Source: Zootoca vivipara
Taxonomy: Eukaryota
Direction: 5' to 3'
DNA: 64,000 nucleotides
Assembly (NCBI RefSeq): GCF_963506605.1
Contig: NC_083288.1
Span: forward strand, 42,594,001 to 42,658,000
Below, in pieces: positions 13,349 to 25,123 of this stretch. The position numbers and the translations under genes are program-made. The notes under the pieces were generated by a model. The model searched no databases. It worked only from the letters and a program-made list of their open reading frames with translations, and was not told the DNA's origin. The stretch's first letter is position 1. Every line of letters starts with the position of its first letter.

Positions 13349-13630
13349 ATTTGCCAACCATGGCCTGTATGACCCAATGATAAGCAGTGTATGTTACCTG
13401 ATAGCCTTTCTTATTTGAAAGTAACACACAAATGGAGTGAATATCTCTCTATTCATGCCCTGTGGGAAGCTTTTCATCTGTTTGGAATGAGACAACTGTA
13501 TACTTGCATTCAAGGATTAGCTTGTTCTGGGATCAAGCTGATATTGCGATGAGTGGAATATAGCTTGTTTGAGACATGCCCCATTTCCTGAGCGTACCAC
13601 TGCTCTTTCACTGTTTCCCTTTCTCTGCAG

Positions 13631-14588
13631 GGAAGAGGTCAGAACAGGTGATGAGAACTTGACCTCTGTCAAATATTTTATATTGATGGGATTCTCCAAT
13701 GACCAAAGGACACAGATTCTACTCTTTGTGGTCATCCTCCTCATCTACTCCCTCACCATTATGGGGAACCTGGTGATCATTATGCTTGTGTGGGCCGACT
13801 CTTCCCTCCACACACCCATGTACTTCTTCCTGACAAACCTTTCGGGCCTGGAGATCTGTTACGTCACCACCACGTTGCCCCAGATGATGGCAAACCTCCT
13901 GTCTGGCAATGGTGCCATCTCCTTCACATGCTGCATGACACAGATGTACATCACATTGGCCTTGGGTGGCACTGAATGCCTTCTTCTCAGTGCCATGGCC
14001 TATGACCGCTGCTTAGCTATCTGCCACCCTCTATTATATGTCAGCATCATGGGCCGGGGGCTCCACGTCCTGCTCGCCTCGCTCTGTTGGGCAGGTGGCT
14101 TCCTCCTTGCTTCGATAAATGTGGGGACTACCCTTGGCCTCCCCTTCTGCCATGCCAACCACATCAACCACTTCTTTTGTGAGCTGCCCGTGGTGCTGAA
14201 ACTTTCATGTGCCGACACACACGTCACAGAGGCGTTCATATTCTTGGCATCGGTAGTATTGCTATTAATTCCTCTGACAATTATCCTTATATCCTACGGG
14301 CTTGTTCTCTCCTCAGTATTGCACATGCGATCAACCGCTGGACGGCGCAAGGCCTTCTCCACATGTGGCTCCCACCTGATCGTGGTCACCTTGTTCTATA
14401 GCACCGTCATCTCTATGTACATGATTCCACGGTCGGGTTCAACTTCTGATCGTGACAAGAAAATTGCTGTCTTTTACATTGTGGTCACCCCGTTGCTTAA
14501 TCCTATCATTTATACTCTGCGGAACAAGGATATTCATGGTGCAACAGCCAAGGCGCTGAGAAGACTGGCCATTTTGAAAAAGAGTTGA
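13631..14588 (+). CDS. Olfactory receptor OR-3 main exon; canonical ATG replaced by ACA; MAYDRC variant
   Basis: Open frame with all OR motifs; EEVRTGDENLTS aligns to OR-1 EEFRMGDENFTS; acceptor ttctctgcag ends at 13630. Confidence 0.85.
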
Positions 14589-14705
14589 GAGTTGCCTACT
14601 CGTGTAAATAATGTACAAATTTTGCTCAAACTTTCTGATTTTTTTGGCATTGTCTGCTGGGTCATGAAGTTACTTCTTTGTCCATGATGAGGAGCTGCTT
14701 CTGGT

Positions 14706-14812
14706 TGACAGGCATATGTCAAGAATGCTTTGATGGTGTTTCCTGCTTGGCAGGGGGTTGGACTGGATGGCCCTTGTGGTCTCTTCCAACTCTATGATTC
14801 TATGATTCTATG
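14706..14812 (+). mobile_element. CR1 LINE 3' terminal fragment
   Basis: Matches the end of the CR1 at 25025-25123; (ATTCTATG)n tail. Confidence 0.85.
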
Positions 14813-15381
14813 GTTCACGAACAGGCAAGAGAGTTCTAAAACAAGTTTATATAACTTTTTTATTATCATTCTATCCCGACTTTCCTCTAAAGAATTCAAG
14901 TTGTTATATTGCATAATACAAGAATATTTAATGTTTTTGATATTATACAACAATAATGCAACATAATATATTAGGAAAGATCACAATAAAATAAGGTGGG
15001 GGGAGGAAAAAAGAGGGAAAAGAAAAATACTGTTATCATTCATTTTCCAATGAAGTTCAATAAATTGAGTGTAGCATGCAATCCCAAAGCTTCCTAGCAA
15101 TGCATATGGATTTATATTTTCCTGCACCTTACTACCCCAATATACAACAATAATAATATTCTTTCAACAAACTGATCATAATCCTGTCTGCCTTCTCTCA
15201 CTTGAATCATATCGGTCAATTTTGACCAAACAGGTTACATCACGTACTTTATTTAGCCATTCGGCTCCTGTATCAAACATGGGGGAATTTTCTAGTTACA
15301 GGTGAATGTTGTGTGAGTTGCGCTCATTAAGTAAAGAGGCATCTACCTGCCACCCATTAAAACTGAATCTTTGACATAGAC

Positions 15382-15517
15382 CAGGCATCCCCAAACTTCG
15401 GCCCTCCAGATGTTTTGGACTACAATTCCCATCTTCCCCGACCACTGGTCCTGTTAGCTCGGGATCATGGGAGTTGTAGGCCAAAACATCTGGAGGGCCG
15501 CAGTTTGGGGGTGCCTG
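15382..15517. mobile_element. Palindromic ~135 bp hAT MITE
   Basis: Same family as 6545 and 8245. Confidence 0.85.
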
Positions 15518-15989
15518 GTTTAAAAGAAAGAAAGAAAAGAAATGGGTAAATATATATATGCATGTTTGGGTTAAGTGGGTCTGGAAAGGTTGAAGACGGC
15601 TGCTCTAGAGCACCAGAAATTATCCTGAAGCAAATTTCCCTACTTAAGTCCCCTTAATTACCTACATAGCCACGGGTCAACAATCCAGAAGGAAGGGAAA
15701 TGATAATGGGCCTGGAAGTATTGCAGGTGCGCAACAGAGACCAGGGACATGCGGGCCTCTAGATTTGATGGACTGCACACACACACACACACACACCCAT
15801 CCCTGACCATCAGCTATGCTGGCTGGGACACACACGCAAGGCAGCTGCACCTTTATTTTATTTTTAAATGTTTTTTATTTATTTCAATCTTTAAAACCAT
15901 ACAAAAGAATCATGGATCTTCGTTTACAAAATGATAGAGAAAAGAAAAGAAAAAGAAAAAAAGGATGAGGCAGCCCGCGGATGTGTTGA

Positions 15990-16790
15990 GCACAACATGT
16001 CCTAATCTATACACAAATTGTCTCCTCTAGACAAAATGGGAAAAAATAAGAAAAAGAAAAGAAGTAGATAAATGGGGGGAAAAAACGAAGAAAAGAAAGG
16101 GAAGGAGGAGAAAGAAGAACTGGAAAAAATAAAAAAGAAGATTCTATACATACGTAGTAAAATACACACCCACAGGAACAAATAAATAAATAAATAAATA
16201 AAATAAATGAAGAATAACAGCGGTCTTCCAATCATATCCTATACAATTTATATTAGTCCATCTTATTATATACAAAAGGTTCACCTCTGTTTTTTCCTTT
16301 TATTTTCCAATAGGTTCAGTTCCAATCTGCCTTCATGATCTTGTTACTTTACTCATTGATATATAATCGTCAAAAATCCTCCATTCCTTTTTTATTTTTT
16401 GTTTCGTTTGTCCTCTAATGCTCCCAGTAACCCTGGCTAGCTGTGAGTATTCCTTCATTAAAATTTGCCAATCTGATACGTTGGGTGTGTTCTTATTTTT
16501 CCAGTTTCTTGCGATTAAGACTCTCGCGGCTACAATACCATACATAAGTAATATTCTATTTGCACTTTTTATTTCTTCTGGTATTATATTTAATAGGAAC
16601 ATTTCTGGTTTTTTTTATAATCTTACATTTCAGCATTTTCTTTAATTCTTCGTAAATGTTGTTCCAATATTTACTTATCTCTGCACATTTCCACCACGTG
16701 TGCATTTGAGTTCCTATTTCCTTCTCACACCTCCAACAGTTTGGTGACTTATTTTTGTACATCTTGGCTAATTTTTCAGGAGTCTGATAC
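15990..16790 (-). mobile_element. L1/Tx1-clade LINE 3' fragment
   Basis: ORF2 C-terminal knuckle CWRC...HTWWKC, followed by AARVLIARNWK. Confidence 0.8.
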
Positions 16791-17744
16791 CAGCTGCACC
16801 TTTAATAGTTGTGTAAAAAAGGGAATTTCAGCAGGTGAAGCTTTCACAACAACCTACACCTGCTTAGGGAGGGGGTAGTTTTCACGTTCAGTTCACATTT
16901 AAAAGCGAACCTACCTATTTCTGAAGCAATGCAAGAAAAGAAAACTATTGGTAGTTGTTCTGATTCAGCAGGTTTTCCCTGGGGAAAGTGAAAATTTGGA
17001 TGAGCCGTATATTTTGAAAGGTGCAATATTCTGAATTTTGCAATGCAGTTAACAAGCTGACTTCAGTCTTGTGGTTCAGGAGAGTGAAGTAGGGAATCAG
17101 CAAACGAGGCAGATTTCAGGTTGTGGATGGGGGGACAGTGGGTAAGATGTTCATAAGATTAGGTATCTGAAGACTAGAGTACAGCAGTGGTGACCCTCAA
17201 GCATGGGGGATAGATGAGGCCCTCCGGGGAGCTATTGGTTTTCTTGAGGAAAACCCAGCTTTCGCAGGAATCTCCCCCCCCCATGAGAGGGAAACCAAGG
17301 GAGCAATCCCCCCTAAAGAGCCTCACATAGACAGGGCATGCTCAGTTTACAAAGAATCCTGACTATTTTTTGGTGGCAGGACAAGGAAGCTTAGGTGGAA
17401 TGGAGTATTCTGGAAGAGGGCATGGTACGGCTGGAATACTGAACTGGAGAGGAGCACAGAACATCCTTTTGCATATTAATAAATGAATATCAAAACCCTT
17501 CCTTCATTTTTTTGCCTTGGCATTGAAGCAAAGTTGGAAATGAAAATTTCATGTAATACATGCAAATGTACTCCGTTAACCACCACCCCCTCAAAAATAA
17601 AAATAAAAATGAACTGCTATATTCAAGGTGTGTTTGTGTATTTTAGTGCGCATGCAACTCTGATGTTGGACTGGTGTAATCTTTAGCAAACTTGAACCTA
17701 CATTTCATTTCTTTGTTGAAAAGTTTGAAAACGTTTCCCTTCTG

Positions 17745-18025
17745 TATTGTTAATTAAAATATCAAAAGCTTCATTCCCAAGTGGCTGGAGGAAAAGGTAA
17801 GGGATTGTTAATGAGCTGAGGGGACAGAGAGACAAAGGGATTGGAGCAGATCAAGGGCTGGAGATTCACAGTCCTTATTATCTTACCGAATTATCAAGCC
17901 TTTGGCAAATGGCAGGGAGAAATCATTCAACACTGCTGTCTCTGTTTGAATCCCGAGAAGACTTAGGTAGCTGAATAAGATCAACTCTCAATTAGGAAGA
18001 CTTTAAAAACAGGTTGGGGCAGCAC
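17745..18025 (+). promoter_or_regulatory. Candidate OR promoter block upstream of OR-4
   Basis: Paralog of 4545-4840, sharing TTAATGAGCTGAGGGG and GGAGATTCACAGTC. Confidence 0.5.
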
Positions 18026-19020
18026 CTCTCAAAGAGATCTAGGAACCTCAGCTTTACCATACACCTGTATTTTTCGCTCAATAAGACATACCTGACCATA
18101 AGACACACTTAGTTCTTTCGAGGAGGAAATATTTCTATTGTTTTGTTTGCATTGTACTGTACTGTTTCATATATGTTAATTGCTTGGGACCCAGAAGGCC
18201 CCAAAAAACAACAAGCTGTTAATGATCCACAGGAAACCACCAAGGGGGATTGCAGAAGTATCTGCAGAGTAAAATGAACATCTTTATTTTCTCACTGGGA
18301 CCTCAGACCTTTGATAAATTGCAGGGAGGAAAAAGCAAGGATGGTGTTCGTCTTCTGATTCCACAGATGGGAGAAGGTGGTTTTGCCTAACCATGGAGAT
18401 CTTCAAAAATTAGTTGGCGGAGCCCTATACAGGTAGCTTAAGTGTAAGAGCGCATGTTTTGCATGTCCAATGCATCCGGCATTAAAGGACTTCTGGTTAT
18501 GAAATGACATCTACCTGAGGTCATGGACAGCTGTTGCTAGCCTAAAATGGAAAGATTGCTAGGCTAGATTGCCTATTCATCCAGTTCAGCAGAAAGCCAT
18601 TTCTTTCCATCTCAATCTTATAGACTATGGAACTCATTGGAAATGTGGACTGTCACATGCTTTTGGGGTGCATGGGGAGTTAGTGGAGGGGTGTTAGGGG
18701 AGCTGGGGGGCATGTTGTGTTCCTTCTGGGGTAGTTTGTCCACCTTTGGTCCCCACCCTGCACTCAGTTCCCACCTGTGGCTCCTAGAAGCTGTCAGGAA
18801 TGGATTCAACTGCCTGGCTATAACAGGTGAGGGTAGCCGATGGGTCTCATACCCTCAGTGCATTAGGGTTCCCCCCTGCATGTGAAGTCAGGCTCTGGTG
18901 GATTGAGCATACAAGACCAATTGTGGGTCCAATGGTCAAGAAAACACTTACTGCACATGCAGCAGAGGCAAAGGAGGGGCAGGTGGGGCTTGTCAACCTG
19001 GGAAGGTAGCTCATCTAGGG

Positions 19021-19158
19021 CAGTGTTTCCCAACCAGTGTGCCTCCAGATGTTTTGGGACTACAACTCCCATCATCCCTAGCTAGCAAGACCAGTGGTCA
19101 GGAATGATGGGAGTTGTAGTCCCAAAACATCTGGAGGCACACTGGTTGGGAAACACTG
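19021..19158. mobile_element. Palindromic hAT MITE
   Basis: TIR CAGTGTTTCCCAACC / GGTTGGGAAACACTG; perfect TSD atctaggg. Confidence 0.9.
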
Positions 19159-20389
19159 ATCTAGGGGAATGAAAACTCTGATCTAAACTGCCACGGCCTT
19201 GCAGCTATACTCATTCATGAGAACGACTTCCGGAGTAAACCTCTGAGGAAAAATCCATATTCATTGCCTTGCAGGACATCTTTGGGAGAAGAAAAGGCTA
19301 AGGAGTAAACCCTGCAGAAATCTGGAGTAGAGTCCATAAGATGGCTGGATGACCAGGTGCCTTGTATGCCTCCTTCTGGCAACTCCTGCAGCCTAGCTGG
19401 TGCTAAATCTATTGCTCTGCTTCCTTTGGGCCACATCAAAAAGGCCAAGAAAACGGGGGTCTTCTAGTCCAGGCAGCCCAAGGCCTCCATACAGACTGCC
19501 TAGGCTTGTGCCCCAGGAGGTCTCTTTGGTGCTGCTAACACAGAAAAACAATGTGGGAAGCAGCAGTTGCGAGTTACCAGCCACAGCAGGTGCTGTGATT
19601 CTCCAGCAGTTTGATTTCACCCACGGAGGCACAAGAACAAGGACAGCAAGGACAACATGCTTTTTGCTCTTTTAACCGCAGTGTGAACACCCCTTTCATC
19701 AGAAGCCTAGATGTGATCACAAGCAGACTTTGGAATGCCCTACCAAGAGAGTTCCACTTTGCCTTTTCCTTGATGCTTTTTTCGCACGGTGTAGACACCT
19801 CCCTTTCTTGGATAGTTGTTAGTAAGTTAAGACTAATGAGTTTTTACTGCTCTTCTTATATTTTTGACTTTGCTTCCTTGTATCTTCTGTTATGTAATAA
19901 TCTTTTCATGATTTATTATATTGTGATTGTATCTTTACTGTATTCTTTATCTATAGACATGCTGTTTTTGTTTCTGCCATTGGCCATGCTCACTAAGGCT
20001 AATGGGAGCTGGAGCCCAGCAACATATGGAGGGCACCATGTTGGCTACCCCAACTGTAGGTGATATATATCAAATAAGTTTTAGCTGAGAGCTATAAGTG
20101 ACATCAAGTGGTGTCATGTCACTTCATCTATCAGGTCTCTCCTGTAGCAGACCTCAGTCTTTCTTTTTAATCTGTTTTTCATGTTGTTGGGTTGGTACTG
20201 CAGTCTAAGAAATGTCTGGTGTAAATCCTTAAGTTGTGAATCTCTGTCTGATGGGTCAGGATAGATGCCGTTGTATTGCAGGACCTACCTGTAGACAATG
20301 GCTTTTGTGGTATATTCTGGGTGGAAGCTGGAATCATAAAAATATTACAGATTTTCAATAAGAAAGTTTCCAATATAAAGAGGTCATTA

Positions 20390-21118
20390 CAGTGGTACCT
20401 TGGTTCTCAAACACCTTGGTTCTCAAACACTGAAAACTTGGAATTAAGTGTTCTGGTTTTCAAATGTTTTTCAAATGTTTTTCAATGTCCGATGAAATGG
20501 TTTTCAAATGTCCGATGTGGCTGTCAGCTATTGTTTCCGGGGCACCTGCACCAATCAGAAGCTGCGCTTTGGTTTTTGAACATTTCGGAAGTCAAATGGA
20601 CTTCCTGAATGGATTAAGATTGGCGCTTTTGTTTTTGCTATTTATTTTGCAGTTTTGTCTTTGAGGCTTTTTCGGTTACAGTAATTTGTTTTTGTGACTG
20701 TGTGGAACCCAGTTCAGCTACTGATTGATTGATTATGTGACTGTGGAAATGGTGTGTGTTTTTTTTTAAAAAAAGAAAACACCCATCCAAATAATGACTG
20801 TCATCAGTCAGAAAAATATTTTCAGTAAGAAAATATTTTCAGTAAGATTTTTTTAAAAAAGAATTATCATGTACAATACTGTCTTATTTATTTTATAGTA
20901 GAGTACATTGATTATTGCTTTCATTTTATGGATCAATGGTCTCAATAGATAGCAAAACTCATGTTAAATTGCTGTTTTAGGGATTGTTTTTAAAAGTCTG
21001 GAAGGGCTTAATCTGTTTTGCATTACTTTCTTTAGGAAAGTGCTCCTTGGTTTTGGAATGCTTTGGTTTTGGAATGGACTTCCGGAACAGATCAAGTTTG
21101 AGAACCAAGGTACCACTG
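20390..21118. mobile_element. Tc1/mariner non-autonomous element
   Basis: TA-flanked TIRs CAGTGGTACCTTGGTTCTCAAAC / GTTTGAGAACCAAGGTACCACTG. Confidence 0.85.
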
Positions 21119-21371
21119 TATAAGTCCATTACATAGTCTCACAATAGTATCTGTTTCCAGAAATTGCACCTGTTCTGTAAACTGGTACGGGTTCAGGTTG
21201 ATAGTGGGGATGAATACTGTTGGTTCCTGGTGAAGCCAAGTATGTGTATCTCATGGGAGAAAAAAACTACACCATCTGTGGTTGTTGTTGTTTTTAAAAT
21301 GACTGCATTCATCCTAACTTCTCTTTGCTTATTCTCTCCATCCATCCATCAATGTAGGCGGAGAAGCCAGA

Positions 21372-22313
21372 ATGGAGGCTGAGAACCTCACTTCTATTAC
21401 CGAGTTCATCTTGGTGGGACTCACCAGCCACCGCAAGACCCAGATTTTGCTCTTTGTGGTCATCCTCAACATCTATTTGCTTACCATTGCAGGGAACCTG
21501 GTGATCATCATGCTTGTTCGGACTGACTCCCACCTCCACACCCCCATGTACTTCTTCCTGACTCACCTTGCAGGTGTGGAGATATGTTATGTCACCAGCA
21601 CTTTGCCCCAGATGCTGTTCAACCTCCTGACCAGAAATGGTGCCATTTCTTTAACGCGTTGTGCAATCCAGATGCACCTGGTATTGACCCTGGGTGGCAC
21701 TGAATGTGTTTTGCTAGGTGCCATGGCCTACGACCGTTACTTGGCCATTTGCCACCCCTTGCTTTATGCCATCCTCATGGGCAGGTGGCGCCAACTGCAA
21801 CTGGCTTCGGTTTCCTGGCTGGTAGGCATCCTTCTTGCAACAATCAATGTGGGCTGCACTTTCAGCCACCTTTTCTGTGGCCCCAATCGTGTCAACCACT
21901 TCATCTGTGAGCTACCCGTGGTGCTGAAACTTGCATGTGCCAACACTCACATCACTGAGTTCGTGGTTTTCATGGCGGCTGCTATCCTCCTCCTGGGCCC
22001 TCTTTCTGTTATTTTGACCTCATATGGGCTCATTTTGGTCACTGTACTGAAAATGCAGTCAAGCTCCGGCAGGCAAAAGGCCTTCTCAACATGCACCTCT
22101 CATTTGATGGTGGTCACCGTGTTTTACGGCACTGTCATCACTATGTACATGAGACCTGGGTTGGGCACAGCCTCTGATTTTGACAAGAAACTTGCAGTGT
22201 TTTATATTTTGGTCAGCCCCCTGCTCAATCCTATCATTTACACCCTTAGGAACAAGGATGTCCATAGGGCAGCAGCTAAGGTTCTGCAAAGATGGGGTTT
22301 GAAACACAATTGA
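21372..22313 (+). CDS. Olfactory receptor (class II), OR-4, 313 aa, intact
   Basis: MEAENLTS, LHTPMYFFL, MAYDRY, KAFSTCTSHL, PLLNPIIYTLRNKD. Confidence 0.96.
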   Translation: MEAENLTSITEFILVGLTSHRKTQILLFVVILNIYLLTIAGNLVIIMLVRTDSHLHTPMYFFLTHLAGVEICYVTSTLPQMLFNLLTRNGAISLTRCAIQMHLVLTLGGTECVLLGAMAYDRYLAICHPLLYAILMGRWRQLQLASVSWLVGILLATINVGCTFSHLFCGPNRVNHFICELPVVLKLACANTHITEFVVFMAAAILLLGPLSVILTSYGLILVTVLKMQSSSGRQKAFSTCTSHLMVVTVFYGTVITMYMRPGLGTASDFDKKLAVFYILVSPLLNPIIYTLRNKDVHRAAAKVLQRWGLKHN

Positions 22314-22545
22314 GTGTCACCACCTTGCTTAAGTGGTCATGTTGACTAGGAGCTGCCAATTGCCTTTTGGGGCACATGGGACTATTTGCAAAATGGGGAA
22401 GCTGTCGGGGGAACCAGCAAGGCCATCTTATTGCCATTGCATTTGATTCTCAGAAAATTTGGAATTGAAATTTGTGCCACTGCCTCCGTTTGCCAGATCC
22501 AGCTCTCAGCCCAGAGTAGTAGATTGGAATTGAAAGACACAAATA

Positions 22546-22787
22546 CTGTGGTACCTCGAGTTACAAACGCCTCAGGTTACAAACGCTTCAGGTTACAAAC
22601 TCCGCTAATCTGGAAGAGTTACCTCGAGTTGAGAACTTTGCCCCAGGATGAGAAGAGAAATCATGTGCCAGCAGCGCAGCGGCAGCAAGAGGCCCCCATT
22701 AGCGAAAGCACGCCTCTAGTTAAGAACAGTTTCAGGTTAAGAACAGACCTCCGGAACGAATTAAGTTCATAACTAGAGGTACCACTG
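22546..22787. mobile_element. Tc1/mariner MITE
   Basis: TA-flanked CTGTGGTACCTC...GAGGTACCACTG. Confidence 0.8.
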
Positions 22788-22915
22788 TAGACCATAATTT
22801 CAGCTGGGGCGGAACTGATGACACAATCTAAGGCTGGATCTGTATATCCAGCAGAATGAGATGGAGAATGGGATTTGACTTATTCTGGGTCAGTCCAATG
22901 GTCAATCTTTATGTA

Positions 22916-23381
22916 CCATATATTCTGGCGTATAAGACGACTGGGCGTATAAGATGACCCCCAACTTTCCCAGATAAAATACAGTGGTCCCTCGACTTAC
23001 GAACTTAATCCATTCTGAATGCACATTCGTAGGTCGAAAAGTTCGTAAGTAAAAAAGCGGCTTCCCATAGGAAAAAAAAATATTCGGAAAATTTCATAAG
23101 TTGAGGAAACCACATTTAAAATTTGTAAGTCGAGGAAACCGCATTTAAAACCACCAACGGTTTCCGTTCGGATGTAGAAAAATTTGTAAGCGTGCGGCCA
23201 TTTCACCCGTTCGTAAGTCGAAAACTTTGGATGTCGAATAATTCGTAAGTCGAGGGGCCACTGTATAGAGTTTGGGATATACTCGCCATATAAGAAATAC
23301 AACCTGGCGTATAAGACAACCCCCAACTTTTGAGAAGATTTTCCTGGGTTAAAAAGTAGTCTTATACGCAGGAATATACAG
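22916..23381. mobile_element. TA-flanked MITE (GCGTATAAGAC repeats) containing a nested Tc1/mariner MITE at 22982-23263
   Basis: Outer ends TATATTCTGGCGTATAAGAC / GTCTTATACGCAGGAATATA; inner CAGTGGTCCCTCGACTTACG / CGTAAGTCGAGGGGCCACTG. Confidence 0.75.
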
Positions 23382-23986
23382 TATATGAGATCCTGGTCAG
23401 GGACAACTCCAAATCATAACAAGAAAATTGCTATCTTTTACCACATCGCTTTCCAACCCAATCATTTACACCCTGAGGAACAAATTTCCATGAGCTAGTG
23501 GCCAAAATGCTGAAAAGAGGGCCTTGGAAGAAAAGAGTATAGCTGTTGATGTTCTACTTATTTAGCTTCAATGTTATTCAAGGGTTGCATTGGTCTGATT
23601 CTTAAGTTTGGCATTAAAACAACGTATCAAACCTCTGTTCAGCCTTGAAGTCCAGATAGTGGTCTCAGGTATGATGGCTCATGTCTTGGAGTCCAACTTC
23701 TATCAGCATATCCAATGGTAAGGGATCTGGGGAGCACCAGGTTTGGGAAAGCTTTCTGCTAAACATCTCTCTGATGGATGTGGCAGTCCTTTAAGTGCTG
23801 CCTGTCAATCAGAGCCTACCTGGGTCAAGAACCCTTAAAAGATGGACTGCTGCCAACACTGCCAATTGTTCCTTAACCTTCATCTGACACACAATGCTGC
23901 TTTTGTTTCTTGCCAGGAGACCAGAAGCATGTTTGTAAGGCACTGCAATAGAATAGGTAGACATGAACTAAATTGTTTTCTTTATG

Positions 23987-25123
23987 TTGTGGATGTAGTC
24001 TATCTTGATTTCAGCAAGGCCTTTGACAAGGTGCCCCATGATATTCTTGTAAAGAAGCTGGTAAAATGCGGGCTAGACAATGCTACCATTCAGTGGATTT
24101 GTAACTGGCTGACTGACCGAACCCAAAGGGTGCTCATCAATGGCTCCTCTTCATCCTAGAGAAAAGTGACTAGTGGGGTGCCACAGGGTTCTGTCTTGGG
24201 CCCAGTCTTATTCAACATCTTTATCAATGACTTGGATGATGGGCTTGAGGGCATCCTGAGCAAGCATGCAGATGACACCAAATTGGGAGGGGTGGCTAAT
24301 ACCCCAGAGGACAGGATCACACTTCAAAATGACCTTAACAGATTAGACAACTGGGCCAAAGCAAACAAGATGAATTTTAACAGGGAGAAATGTAAAGTAC
24401 TACACTTGGGCAAAAAATATATATGAAAGGCACAAATACAGGATGGGACACACCCGGCTTGAGAGCAGCACATGTGAAAAGGATCTAGGAGTCTTGGTAG
24501 ACCACAAACTTGACATGAGTCAACAGTGTGATGCAGCAGCTAAAAAAGCCAATGCAATTTTGGGCTGCATCAATAGAAGTATAGCATCTAGATCAAGTGA
24601 AGTAATAGTACCACTGTATTCTGCTCTGGTCAGTCCAGTTCTGGGCACCACAGTTCAAGAAGGATACTGACGAGCTGGAATGTGTCCAGAAGAGGGCAAC
24701 CAAAATGGTCAAAGGCCTGGAAACGATGCCTTATGAGGAACGGCTTAGGGAGCTGGGTATGTTTAGCCTGGAGAAGAGAAGGTTAAGGGGTGATATGATA
24801 GCCATGTTCAAATATATAAAAGGATGTCATATGGAGGAGGGAGAAAGGTTGTTTTCTGCTGCTCCAGAGAAGCGGACACAGAACAATGGATTCAAACTAC
24901 AAGAGAGAAGATTCCACCTAAACATTAGGAAGAACTTCCTGACAGTAAGAGCTGTTCGGCAGTGGAATTTGCTGCCAAGGAGTGTGGTGGAGTCTCCTTC
25001 TTTGGAGGTCTTTAAGCAGAGGCTTGACAGGCATATGTCAAGAATGCTTTGATGGTGTTTCCTGCTTGGCAGGGGGTTGGACTGGATGGTCTTTGTGGTC
25101 TCTTCCAACTCTATGATTCTATG
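23987..25123 (+). mobile_element. CR1 LINE, 5'-truncated, reverse transcriptase domain with stops/frameshifts
   Basis: [46 protein letters not shown]; TTCCAACTCTATGATTCTATG tail. Confidence 0.95.

Noticed and set aside
18690-19400. Possible 5' UTR of an RTE-type LINE
   Set aside because: Only a vague resemblance and no ORF evidence; left unannotated.
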